Below the pieces are notes generated by a model. The model searched no databases. It saw only the letters and a program-made list of their open reading frames with translations, and had not been told where the DNA came from. Shown here piece after piece: positions 9,270-19,134 of a stretch of 64,000 nucleotides of DNA; within the stretch, counting starts at the first letter, position 1, and every line of letters begins with the position of its first letter. Source of the DNA: Candidatus Woesearchaeota archaeon (lineage in GTDB: Archaea; Nanobdellota; Nanobdellia; Woesearchaeales; JABIAG01); contig JABIAG010000001.1 of assembly GCA_018653365.1 (NCBI GenBank), positions 352,001 to 416,000 on the forward strand. The letters run 5' to 3'. The position numbers were made by a program, and so were the translations under genes.

Positions 9270-11168
9270 ATGAAAAAAATATTTGGTATAATGTTGTTGA
9301 TGATGCTTGTACTCTCTATGAGCGCAATTGCAGATACAACTATAAAAGAAAAAAAATTACCTGCTTTTGTTGTAGCAATAGCGGAGGATGCACCTGCTTC
9401 AGATAGTGTATTGGGAACAAACATAGCAGTAGAACTAAAAAAAGCAGGATATGGAGATCTGCCTGTAAGTACATTTAAACTATTTAAAGATGTACAAAGA
9501 GGAGGCTTAGATGGCCGAGTAATCTTAGTATTGTATAAAGGTGAAGCAAAAATTATTGTTGGTTCAGATCTTGAATCCAGTGGTATATTGTTTGCTACAG
9601 ACTTAGCAACAATTCTTAAATACTACTCTGTCGATGTTGGACAGATAATGTTGAGTAAAGAAACCTCTTCTGATCTTATATCTTTATTTGAAGAGGGTCA
9701 CGTAGAGGATGTAATCATAACTAAAGAAACAGTTAAATGCGTATTTGAGGATTCAAGTGAAAAACAAGAATGTTACTTGGATGAACAAAACGAAATTGGT
9801 TGCAGTGGCGAAGAAACATGCACTGTGGAATCAATTGGTGTTAAAGGAACAAAACAAGTATGGAAAAGTACTTGTGGTGGTTATGCATATACTGTGCTTG
9901 ATGGAGATAATGAATACGCAGAATTCGACTGTGGAATTTCAATTCCAGAAAAGATTGATCTAGTAATTAAAGAACTTGAGTTTGTTAGAAAAAGTGATAA
10001 ATTGGCAACAATAGAATTTGATGTTGTTAATGCTGGACTAGCAGATGTTAAAGGATCTTTTGCAATGGCAGTATATATTAATGGAGAATTAACAACACAT
10101 ACTGCATATCATGGATATGATAATGAGTTAGATGCTGGAGAAAGTATGCATAGATCATTAAGCAATTATTACTGGTTGAATAATGGAGAATACGAAATAA
10201 CCGTTGTTGTAGATCGTTTTGAAGGGGGAGAAAAGGATAATCCTGTTTTTGATGGATTCTATGATAACATGGTTAAGGAATCTAACGAAGCAAACAATAA
10301 AGCAACAATAAGCGTGAACAATAAAATAGTTCATCATACGTTTGATCTAACAAACTATCCTGAACTATTTATTAAAAATGGAAAGTTCAATGGATATATT
10401 GTTGTAGGAGACAATGCCCCTGCATCAGATGTGATCAGTGCAATTGATATTGCTCAAAGCTTGCAACTTTATGATGCTGGCGAGGGCCAAATTGATGTTG
10501 GCGCAGCAAAATTAGCAAGTGAAATATCTGATCCCTATGCTATGAATGTTATTTCTGTAGGAAATGCATGCACTAATGCTGTTTCCGCTCGATTATTGGG
10601 AGATAAAAAAATCGAAGCGATTAATCGTTGTTCTCAACACTTTCAGAAAGGAGAGAGTACAATAAGATTATTCAACAATAATGGAAACGCACAATTACTT
10701 GTGGCGGGATATGGTGAGGCAGATACAAGATATGCAGCGAAAATGTTGGTTAATTACAAAGAGTATGATCTGGAAGGAATGGAAGTTGAATTCAATACTA
10801 TTTTTCCTGTTGAGGATAGTGTGGAAATCGAAATCTTAAATATTCCAGAACCAACACTTTATCCAACAACTCCGGGAGAAGTTTCACCTTCATTACCTGT
10901 AACTGCAACATGTAATAATGGCTGTTTACTTGAAGATACTTGCTTGCCTTTCGGAACCAGATTAGTTGATAATGAGGTTGCTAAGTACTGCGCAATAACA
11001 AAAGAACTTGTTGAACAACAAGCAAAAGAAGCACAGTGTCAAAACAACTATGAGTGTTCAACCAACCAGTGTAACGACGGAGCTTGTGGAAGTCTATCTG
11101 AAGAGTTAGAAGAAACAAGAGGTATGTTGAAACAGGTAATGAATTGGCTTTCAGGCTGGTTTAACTAA
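9270..11168 (+). CDS. Secreted S-layer-like / CARDB-domain surface protein
   Basis: Signal peptide from ATG 9270; duplicated S-layer-type motif (AEDAPASD / VVGDNAPASDVISAIDIA); CARDB-like VKESNEANN; Cys-rich C-terminus. Confidence 0.7.
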   Translation: MKKIFGIMLLMMLVLSMSAIADTTIKEKKLPAFVVAIAEDAPASDSVLGTNIAVELKKAGYGDLPVSTFKLFKDVQRGGLDGRVILVLYKGEAKIIVGSDLESSGILFATDLATILKYYSVDVGQIMLSKETSSDLISLFEEGHVEDVIITKETVKCVFEDSSEKQECYLDEQNEIGCSGEETCTVESIGVKGTKQVWKSTCGGYAYTVLDGDNEYAEFDCGISIPEKIDLVIKELEFVRKSDKLATIEFDVVNAGLADVKGSFAMAVYINGELTTHTAYHGYDNELDAGESMHRSLSNYYWLNNGEYEITVVVDRFEGGEKDNPVFDGFYDNMVKESNEANNKATISVNNKIVHHTFDLTNYPELFIKNGKFNGYIVVGDNAPASDVISAIDIAQSLQLYDAGEGQIDVGAAKLASEISDPYAMNVISVGNACTNAVSARLLGDKKIEAINRCSQHFQKGESTIRLFNNNGNAQLLVAGYGEADTRYAAKMLVNYKEYDLEGMEVEFNTIFPVEDSVEIEILNIPEPTLYPTTPGEVSPSLPVTATCNNGCLLEDTCLPFGTRLVDNEVAKYCAITKELVEQQAKEAQCQNNYECSTNQCNDGACGSLSEELEETRGMLKQVMNWLSGWFN

Positions 11169-11191
11169 TTTTTTCTTTTTTTCTTTTTTTC
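11169..11191 (+). terminator. Oligo-T archaeal terminator
   Basis: Nearly uninterrupted T-tract immediately after the stop codon. Confidence 0.55.
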
Positions 11192-11263
11192 TTTAAGTTC
11201 TACATTTTAAGCATAAAGTTTATTGAGGAAAACTTTATAAATAGATTAAGGCTACTTTAGGGT

Positions 11264-11452
11264 ATGGGACGAATTAAAACACAACTAATAAAGCGAGTAT
11301 CACATAAACTGATAGAAACCCATCCAACAAGGTTCAAAAAGACTTTTGAGGAAAACAAACAATTAGTGACAGAATCTGCAGACATAAAAAGTAAAAAACT
11401 ACGAAATGTCATAACAGGATATGTTACCAGATTAGTAAAAACAAGGAGGTAA
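11264..11452 (+). CDS. rps17e: 30S ribosomal protein S17e
   Basis: MGRIKT..IKR, FEENK, SKKLRNVITGYVTR. Confidence 0.96.
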   Translation: MGRIKTQLIKRVSHKLIETHPTRFKKTFEENKQLVTESADIKSKKLRNVITGYVTRLVKTRR

Positions 11453-11454
11453 AA

Positions 11455-11739
11455 ATGGCTGAGGACAACTCAATATTTATTGGGAACCGACCGTTTATGA
11501 ATTACGTTACGGGAGTAGTAATGCAATTTACCACCAAGGGCGCAGAAGAAGTGATAGTGAAGGCAAGAGGTAAGTTTATTGCACGAGCTGTAGATGTATC
11601 AGAAGTGGCTGCAAAAAGATTTCTAGAAGGAAGTGTTGGAGTGAAAGATATTAAAATTGATAGTGAAGAATTTGAAAATAAAGAAGGAAAACAAGTACGT
11701 GTTTCCACAATAGAAATCACACTAGAAAAAAATAAATAA
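11455..11739 (+). CDS. albA: DNA/RNA-binding protein Alba
   Basis: IFIGNRPFMNYV, VKARGKFIARAVDV, RVSTIEITL. Confidence 0.96.
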   Translation: MAEDNSIFIGNRPFMNYVTGVVMQFTTKGAEEVIVKARGKFIARAVDVSEVAAKRFLEGSVGVKDIKIDSEEFENKEGKQVRVSTIEITLEKNK

Positions 11740-11807
11740 ATTATTTTTCTTTTTTAACTTTTATTACAACGATAAATTTATAAACATGTTAATGAAGAAA
11801 ATGACTG

Positions 11808-12689
11808 ATGAAAAGAAGAAAGCTTCCTGTTTGGGTAATCATATTACTTGTTCTAATTATTCTCTCAGTTATTGGGTATATGATGCCCGAGCATAGTGGA
11901 AATATAGCACTAATAAAAGTTGAGGGAGTGATAACAACCCAGGGAATGAGTTCAATCTTCATGGACAGTCCATCATCAGTCAGTATAGTAGAAAAAATAC
12001 AAAGTGCAGAAGATGATAGACGAATAAAAGCAATAATACTAGAAATTAATTCTCCGGGAGGAAGCCCAGTAGGAAGTAAAGAAATTGTGGATACAATTAT
12101 AAAAACAGAAAAACCAGTAATAGCATACGTTCGCGATGTTGGAGCATCAGGAGGATACTGGGTAGCATCAGCAGCAGACACGATCTTAGCATCAGAACTC
12201 TCATTAGTCGGAAGTGTGGGAGTAAACGGAGCATATCTAGAATTCTCAGGATTACTTGATGAATATAATATTAGCTACGTACCTTTAACTTCAGGAAAAT
12301 ATAAAGATATCAAGAGCCCATTTAAAAATTTGGGAATGGAAGAAGAGATTAGACTAAGAGAAAAATTAGATTTAATGCATGAATATTTCATAAATTCAGT
12401 AAAAGAAAATAGGGGATTAACTGAAGAACAAGTTAATGAGATTAAAGAAGCAGATATTTATTTAGGACTACAAGCTAAAGACTTGGGCTTGATAGATGAA
12501 TTTGGGGGAAGAGAGGAGGCTGTTAAATTAATCGAAGAAAAATTAGAATTAAACGCAGAAATAGAATTATTTGAAGACGAAGTAAGTTTATTAAGTTTAT
12601 TTTCAAAAATAGTGGCAGAACAAAGTTTTAATTTCGGAAAAGGAATGAGTAGTAACTTATTCCAAAATGAAGGTTTAATGCTAAAATAA
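11808..12689 (+). CDS. sppA: Signal peptide peptidase SppA (S49)
   Basis: INSPGGS, GASGGYWVASAAD, VGSVGV, GKYKD, GLIDEFG. Confidence 0.94.
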   Translation: MKRRKLPVWVIILLVLIILSVIGYMMPEHSGNIALIKVEGVITTQGMSSIFMDSPSSVSIVEKIQSAEDDRRIKAIILEINSPGGSPVGSKEIVDTIIKTEKPVIAYVRDVGASGGYWVASAADTILASELSLVGSVGVNGAYLEFSGLLDEYNISYVPLTSGKYKDIKSPFKNLGMEEEIRLREKLDLMHEYFINSVKENRGLTEEQVNEIKEADIYLGLQAKDLGLIDEFGGREEAVKLIEEKLELNAEIELFEDEVSLLSLFSKIVAEQSFNFGKGMSSNLFQNEGLMLK

Positions 12690-12690
12690 A

Positions 12691-15600
12691 ATGAAGTGGG
12701 GGATAATATTAGTTTTATTGATTTCTTTAACTACCTTAGTTCTAGCTTCAGATAATGCAGGTAATGAAGAACTCCATGACGTAATAATCATGTTTGAAGA
12801 CGGGGAAACTCTTGATTTACACTCGGCTACAACTCGAAGTGGATATTCAGTACAAACCCTTAATGAGGTAGTGCCTGGAAAAGAAATCGAACATGTATTT
12901 ACTTCGTTTAATGGAATAAGCGGAAAATTCACAACTTCAGAATTAGAAAATATTCGAAAAAATAAAAAAGTAAAAGCAATAGAAGAAACACAAGCATATC
13001 AAGCAACACTGGATGTTTCCGTACCGTTAATGAATTCAACTTTGTTTCAAAATGTATCATTTAATGGAACTAAATTAAACGGAACTGGCGTAACAGTATG
13101 TATTTTAGATACAGGAATCGATGACACTCATGCAGCACTGAATGCTTCATTGATACCTGATGCTGGAAATTCAAGGGGGTTTGTAGGTTGGGACTATGTA
13201 AATGATGATGACTACCCTTATGACGATCAGGTTTTTAACACTTATGGTGTTCCCACTGTTGGAGGCCATGGAACACATGTGGCGGGAATAGTGGGTTCAA
13301 GAGATGCAACCTATCCTGGAATCGCTCCAGGTGTTAATATAATCCCCATAAAAGTGTTAAACGCATCTGGCGGAACAACAGTCACTCCTTTCTTAGCGGG
13401 AATAGAATGGTGTGTGAACAATGCAACACGTTTTAATATAAGTGTTATTTCAATAAGTATTGGAGGATCAACATATATTTCTGTATGTGATGGTGAGTCT
13501 ATCCCTTCTTTGTTTGTTCCGGTAATAAATGAAGCAGTGTCTAAAAATATCACGGTAATGGTCTCTGCAGGAAATGATTATAGTGCGTTGGGTTTGACTG
13601 ATCCCGCATGTATAGCTAATGCAACGTCAGTGGGAAGAACTAATGATGATGATACAATAAGTTCAAATTCAAAAACCGCTTCTTTTTTAGATTTTTTAGC
13701 ACCCGGAACTGGAATTATATCCACAAAAAGAACAGGCGGATTTACAAGTAAAGATGGAACCTCAATGTCAACTCCTCATGTAGCAGCAACAGTAGCACTA
13801 TTACAACAATACTATCATAAATATTATGGAAGATTTACAGACACAGAAACAATCAAAGCAGCACTAAATGCATCTGGACCAAAAATAAATGATACCAGAT
13901 TAGGCTTAGATCAAGAATTTACTAGAGTTGATGTATACGGTGCTTATGAAGCATTAATTACTGATGCACCTGTGTTAGCATTTATAGATCCAACACCTGC
14001 AAATGGTTCTGGGTTACTAACTTTGGATTATACTTTTAACGTATCAATAAATGATACCTCTCATAACATATCTTATTGTTATTTGACCTTTAATTCAACA
14101 CGATATGTGATGGGAGTAAATGACACAACAGTACAAAATGCAACTTGTAATGTAAGTGTGAATCTAGGAATGCCAGAAAAAGGCAATTATTCATATTATG
14201 TAACTGGATTAGATGATAAAGGTGAATTGGGCATATCTGAAACCTGGCAAGTAGAAGTACTCAATACCCCTCCAACAATAAATAATGTTTCCGAATACGG
14301 AAATTTAAGTAGTAAAGAAACAGAATTATTAACACTAACAGTTAACGTATCAGACTTTAATGGTGACACGTTAACATTTAATTGGTTATTAAATGAAACC
14401 AGTATAGCAACAACACAAAACCTAAGTCACACTTTTAATCATTCCCAAGCAGCAACATATTGGAATCTAACCCTAAACGTAAGCGATGGAGAAAATTATA
14501 CAACTCAGGTGTGGAACGTATCAGTAAATAACACAAACCGTTTACCTGTATTCAACAATCCAACTTCTTATGTTGTGAACGAATCTCAAATGATCAATAT
14601 AACTTTAAACGTAACAGACAATGATGATGACGACACCCTAACTTATGGAACAAATGCCTCACTGTTCACACAGAACGTCAATGATTTTAACTGGACAACA
14701 AACTATACTGATGCCGGAACATATTCAATACTGTTCAATGTGACTGATGGAACTGTGGTTGTAAATCAAACCGTAACACTTACGGTTAATGACAAAGCAA
14801 GACTTAACGCAAACTCATCAAATATAACCTCCTCAGTAGAACTTAACATTTTTGTTAATGGAAGTTTAAATGATACTGAACTAACTGAGGTTATTGCACT
14901 GAATTTAACAGATACATCAAATAATACATTAATAACTTTTGACTGGAACTTTAGTAGTGCAAATATGAGTGTAGATATAGACTATGTTGCAGGAAGTGGA
15001 ACCTTGATTGTAAGAGGACTAGATCTAAGTTCACAAAGTGTTACAAAAACAGTTTACGTAAACAAATCTACCTCTACTTTTGATTACGTTTGTGTAGTTG
15101 ATAAAGAGGTTGACTCAATAGCAACTTTATCATCAGACTGTTCTAATGCTAACGAAACAAACGTACCCTGTCCCGGAACTAATGGCGCCTATTCTTGCGC
15201 TGTAGAAGGATCATATTTCAAAGTATCTGGACTAAATCACTCAGCAATAAAAGGCATGACAACACCTGCTGTAGGCGATCCGGGAGGAAGTGGAACGGGG
15301 GGCAGTGGTGGAGGAGATGATAGCGATGATGATGTACTTGTTGTATGTCAAGAAGATTGGATTTGTGAAGGATTTAAAGAATGTATTGATGAAAAGTTAA
15401 CAAGAAGATGTTTTGATGGCAATAATTGTGGAACAACCCTACGACAACCCTTGTTAGAAAAAGAGTGTGTAGAAGAAACTTATCAAACACAAGAACCTGA
15501 AGTTGAACCAACGCCAGAAGTAGTTCCAGAAGTAGTACCTGAAGTAAAAAAATCAGGATTTCAACAAGTCATAAACAATATTGGGAACTGGTTTAAAAAT

Positions 15601-15738
15601 CTAAATAAAGAAAAAACAGATACAGAAGAGGTAGACTCAAATAAGTTTAACTTAGAAGGAAAAGGACAAAGAATATTACTATTCTTAATAGGAATATTTG
15701 CATTTTTATTAGTAATGCTTATCGTTTGGAAACGATAA
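12691..15738 (+). CDS. Membrane-anchored S8 (subtilisin-like) serine peptidase with Ig/cadherin-like repeats
   Basis: Catalytic triad ILDTG / HGTHVAG / GTSMSTP; I9-like prodomain; many NxS/T sequons; C-terminal TM helix. Confidence 0.92.
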   Translation: MKWGIILVLLISLTTLVLASDNAGNEELHDVIIMFEDGETLDLHSATTRSGYSVQTLNEVVPGKEIEHVFTSFNGISGKFTTSELENIRKNKKVKAIEETQAYQATLDVSVPLMNSTLFQNVSFNGTKLNGTGVTVCILDTGIDDTHAALNASLIPDAGNSRGFVGWDYVNDDDYPYDDQVFNTYGVPTVGGHGTHVAGIVGSRDATYPGIAPGVNIIPIKVLNASGGTTVTPFLAGIEWCVNNATRFNISVISISIGGSTYISVCDGESIPSLFVPVINEAVSKNITVMVSAGNDYSALGLTDPACIANATSVGRTNDDDTISSNSKTASFLDFLAPGTGIISTKRTGGFTSKDGTSMSTPHVAATVALLQQYYHKYYGRFTDTETIKAALNASGPKINDTRLGLDQEFTRVDVYGAYEALITDAPVLAFIDPTPANGSGLLTLDYTFNVSINDTSHNISYCYLTFNSTRYVMGVNDTTVQNATCNVSVNLGMPEKGNYSYYVTGLDDKGELGISETWQVEVLNTPPTINNVSEYGNLSSKETELLTLTVNVSDFNGDTLTFNWLLNETSIATTQNLSHTFNHSQAATYWNLTLNVSDGENYTTQVWNVSVNNTNRLPVFNNPTSYVVNESQMINITLNVTDNDDDDTLTYGTNASLFTQNVNDFNWTTNYTDAGTYSILFNVTDGTVVVNQTVTLTVNDKARLNANSSNITSSVELNIFVNGSLNDTELTEVIALNLTDTSNNTLITFDWNFSSANMSVDIDYVAGSGTLIVRGLDLSSQSVTKTVYVNKSTSTFDYVCVVDKEVDSIATLSSDCSNANETNVPCPGTNGAYSCAVEGSYFKVSGLNHSAIKGMTTPAVGDPGGSGTGGSGGGDDSDDDVLVVCQEDWICEGFKECIDEKLTRRCFDGNNCGTTLRQPLLEKECVEETYQTQEPEVEPTPEVVPEVVPEVKKSGFQQVINNIGNWFKNLNKEKTDTEEVDSNKFNLEGKGQRILLFLIGIFAFLLVMLIVWKR

Positions 15739-16882
15739 ACACTAAATCATTCTTTCTAACTTTGGTTGTTTCAAATGTTACAGAACCTCGTTTAACGTTA
15801 GATACAGATCTATTATTTTGTACGAGCTTAATGGGCTTTAAATTAATAACTCCTGTTGTAGGCCCTTGAATCATTAACTCGTCGCCTTTCTTGAACACAT
15901 TACTTTCTACTAATATTTCAGCCACTCCCTTTTTGTTATAATAGTTGGTAACTTTGCCAACATACTGTTTAGTTTTAGTTGATTTAGAACCATACGCGTT
16001 AGTAAACTCATTAACAGGTTGGTTAAGATAAAATCCTGATGAAAAATCACGATTATAAACAGTTTTTAACTTTTTTATTAGTTGTTGAGTTCTGGTTTTT
16101 GTTAATTTAGTGTCAATAGCTTCACGATAAACTTCCGTTACAGTCTTGATATATTCAGGAGAACGATTTCGACCCTCAATTTTAAATGATGATATCTTTG
16201 CTTGTTTAAGTTTATCTAAAAATTCTAAAGTACAAAGGTCTTTAGCAGACATAACAAAATTATTATCCAGTTTAAGTTCAAACTTCTCATCAACATCTTT
16301 TATTGTATATTCTCTTCTACAGTTCTGTAAACACTCCCCTCTATTTGCAGATTTACCAAAAGTAAATTGTGAAGTAAAACATCTGCCGGATACTGCTACG
16401 CACATTGCACCGTGAATAAAGACCTCTAAATCTATTTTTACTTTAGAACTTATTTCTTTTATTTGTTTTAGTGAACACTCTCTAGCTAGGATGATACGTT
16501 TAGCACCAAGCTTCTTGTAAAACAAAGCCGCTTGCGAATTCGAAACTGAGGCCTGAGTTGAAATATGAAATGGAACTTTATGTTTCTTACATAATTGAAT
16601 GATACTAAGATCCCAACAGATTACTGCCGTGATAAATGGTTTAGCAGTTTTAATTATTTTTTCTGCTTGTTTTAATTCAGACTCGTATATGATTGTGTTT
16701 AATGTTAGATAACGCTTAACACTTTTACAAATTGTTTTAATTTTCTTTAGATCTGATAATTTGAAATTCTTAGTACGCATATTTAATTTGTCAATTCCAA
16801 AGTAAACAGCGTCAGCACCGCCCTGAATCGCAGCCTTTAAACTAGTAAAATTGCCAGCTGGAGCGAGTAATTCTGGTTTCAT
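15719..16882 (-). CDS. U32 family protein (tRNA/rRNA hydroxylase-like)
   Basis: PELLAPAG, GADAVYFG, HISTQAS, HGAMCVAVSGRC, NRGECLQNCR, KIEGR. Confidence 0.92.
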   Translation of the reverse strand: MKPELLAPAGNFTSLKAAIQGGADAVYFGIDKLNMRTKNFKLSDLKKIKTICKSVKRYLTLNTIIYESELKQAEKIIKTAKPFITAVICWDLSIIQLCKKHKVPFHISTQASVSNSQAALFYKKLGAKRIILARECSLKQIKEISSKVKIDLEVFIHGAMCVAVSGRCFTSQFTFGKSANRGECLQNCRREYTIKDVDEKFELKLDNNFVMSAKDLCTLEFLDKLKQAKISSFKIEGRNRSPEYIKTVTEVYREAIDTKLTKTRTQQLIKKLKTVYNRDFSSGFYLNQPVNEFTNAYGSKSTKTKQYVGKVTNYYNKKGVAEILVESNVFKKGDELMIQGPTTGVINLKPIKLVQNNRSVSNVKRGSVTFETTKVRKNDLVFIVSKR

Positions 16883-17526
16883 TGTAATTCAGAAATGTTT
16901 AAACAACAAAAATCCTCAATAATTCTGGGACAGGCAGTGTTAACCCATGCTTTAATAAATGGAAAATCTTCTAATGATTGGAAGTTAATATTGTTGGCAA
17001 TTAAGATAAATGCAGTCTTCTTTTCTTTTTTTAGTTTTTCTTTTAGTTTAAGAGCAGACTTAAGATCTTCTTGGCCTGGTTTAGTGGAGACAAGAATTCC
17101 AATATTCTTAGCAGAATGATATTTTAGTAAAGCTGAACGCTTTTTAATTTCAATACGTTTGATCTCGTCTTGATTAAGCTTAGTTATGGTTCCATTCATT
17201 GGATTAAGTGTAAAAACTGGTTTGTTGGTTTCTAGTGCAGCATTAATGGGGTGAAATTTTCCTGTACCCATATATAAAATTGCATCAACATTAGGAATGT
17301 TAGCAGAACTAGATTCACAGCCTAAAACCTGTCCGGCAAAAGGTTGCTTGGCTTTATTTATGACGACTTTCTTTCCTGCTTTTTCAAGTGCAGATTTAAC
17401 TTCCTTAAGTTGGTTAACAAATTGAATTGTTGTAATCAAGCCTATTTTAGTGGGAAGTTTAGTAAACGAAGATTTATTTAGTTTAATTGTTCCCTTGTAC
17501 GCTGCGTTAACAAGTAGGGTTTTCAT
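16879..17526 (-). CDS. dph2: Diphthamide biosynthesis protein Dph2 (short form)
   Basis: TTIQF, GQVLGC, GTGKFH, STKPGQ, VNTACPRI. Confidence 0.88.
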   Translation of the reverse strand: MKTLLVNAAYKGTIKLNKSSFTKLPTKIGLITTIQFVNQLKEVKSALEKAGKKVVINKAKQPFAGQVLGCESSSANIPNVDAILYMGTGKFHPINAALETNKPVFTLNPMNGTITKLNQDEIKRIEIKKRSALLKYHSAKNIGILVSTKPGQEDLKSALKLKEKLKKEKKTAFILIANNINFQSLEDFPFIKAWVNTACPRIIEDFCCLNISELQ

Positions 17527-17611
17527 GATTGTAAAATATAAGTTAGAGTATATAAACCTTATCGCTATGAGGGCGGAATCTTTTTAAATGAGTCATCACT
17601 TTTGAAGTTTT

Positions 17612-18166
17612 ATGACTACTACAGACGCTGATGCACAAGTTCGTTTTCCAGGTATGGGAATAGCAAGTGAAGAAAGACTTGCGAGAACGGCTGAACTTTT
17701 TGGCGAAGTATTCTTAAATTATTGTGCAGGACTTGTTGGAGATGAACAGGCTTCTGATCTATATCAAGATGTTTTCCAAACAGCAGTAGAACAGACTGAT
17801 AGTCTAGGCCCAGATCAAGACGCGCTAATTTGGCTTCGTAATATGGCTCGAAACAGAGCAAGAGGTTATCATAAATCTCGTGAAATGCAGCTAAAACGTT
17901 TTGGCGAAGCAGATGAAGCTGATCTTTCAGATGAGGGATTAAGTCCGCGTGATATGGCACAAAGATCAGACTTACATAACGCAGTAAGAGCACAAGTAGA
18001 TGCTTTACAACCCACTTACCAAGAAGCAATTAGACTAACACTTTTAGAAGGTCATTCACAAAGACGGGCAGCAGAACTGGCAGGTTGTTCTCCAAGTACA
18101 ATTCAATACAGAGTAGGAAAAGCAAAAGAGGCATTAAGAACCAGTTTAGGTCAAATTCTAGATTAA
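17612..18166 (+). CDS. ECF-type sigma-70 family RNA polymerase sigma factor homolog
   Basis: Region 2 (ASDLYQDVF...IWLRNMARN) and region 4 (VDALQPTYQEAIRL..LEGHSQRRAAELAGCSPSTIQYRVGKAKEAL). Confidence 0.88.
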   Translation: MTTTDADAQVRFPGMGIASEERLARTAELFGEVFLNYCAGLVGDEQASDLYQDVFQTAVEQTDSLGPDQDALIWLRNMARNRARGYHKSREMQLKRFGEADEADLSDEGLSPRDMAQRSDLHNAVRAQVDALQPTYQEAIRLTLLEGHSQRRAAELAGCSPSTIQYRVGKAKEALRTSLGQILD

Positions 18167-19134
18167 TTAAAAAACAAAAATTGTCCAACTAAAAATATTA
18201 TATAAAACAATATAAGAATAATTCCATTAAGCCGAGTTAAAGATTTCTTCTTAACAAAATAAAATAATAACATGCTTGAAGCCAGGGTTAATATTCCAAT
18301 AAAAATAGCATTAAAAACACCAAACTCTAATGTGGTCATTAAAGCAAAGATTCCAAAAAACAAAAGTGATTTAAGAATCATACTTCCAATAATGTCCCCA
18401 AATGCAACTCCTTCATGACCTTTATCGATAGAATTTAAACCCAAAAATAAATCAGGAACTGAGGCACCTAAACCAATAAGAATTGTGGCAACAATGAATG
18501 CGGGCCAATTCATAATATAAGAAATTTGCATGGACGAATCAACTAAAAATCTAGACGCAAGTAAAATTACAACTAAACTTAAAAGAAAAATAAGGGAATC
18601 TTTCCAAATAAAATTAATTTCAACTCCTTTCTTTAACTTGCCAAGCTGACCCTCTCTTTTCCAAAGTAAAGAAACATAGAAAATGAACGCAACAAGCAAA
18701 ACTCCGCCATCAATTGCGGTTAATTTACCATCCAATAATAAAAGAAAGGGCAGAGCAATAAGAATTAAAACATCCCACTTAGTTTTATCAAAAACTTTCT
18801 GATTCATTGGGATTTTTTTGCCAACAATTGCTAATAAACCAATAACTAAGGTAACACCTAATAGATTAGAACCAAAAATAGTTCCAAATACAATTGGGGA
18901 GGCACCATAAAAGACCCCGCTTAATGAGGCTAAAAATTCAGGTGCTGAAGCTCCTGCAGCAACAATAAGTAAACCAACTAAGTATTCAGAAATTCCAAGC
19001 TTCTTAGCATAATTTGAAATACTTAAGACTAAAAAATATGATGCTTTAGCTAATAATGCCAAAGAAACAATTACTATGATTAGATGATACCAAACAGGGA
19101 AATTAAAAGCAAATTGTTGTAATATGGAAATCAT
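18163..19134 (-). CDS. Sodium/calcium antiporter (CaCA family)
   Basis: About 10 TM; alpha repeats GASAPE...GSN and GASVPD...GS. Confidence 0.9.
   Translation of the reverse strand: MISILQQFAFNFPVWYHLIIVIVSLALLAKASYFLVLSISNYAKKLGISEYLVGLLIVAAGASAPEFLASLSGVFYGASPIVFGTIFGSNLLGVTLVIGLLAIVGKKIPMNQKVFDKTKWDVLILIALPFLLLLDGKLTAIDGGVLLVAFIFYVSLLWKREGQLGKLKKGVEINFIWKDSLIFLLSLVVILLASRFLVDSSMQISYIMNWPAFIVATILIGLGASVPDLFLGLNSIDKGHEGVAFGDIIGSMILKSLLFFGIFALMTTLEFGVFNAIFIGILTLASSMLLFYFVKKKSLTRLNGIILILFYIIFLVGQFLFFN

Noticed and set aside
6456-18166. Bacterial contamination or chimera explaining dnaA and sigma
   Set aside because: Both are single genes tightly packed among archaeal genes, with archaeal promoters and host-like AT-rich codons; read-level confirmation is still needed
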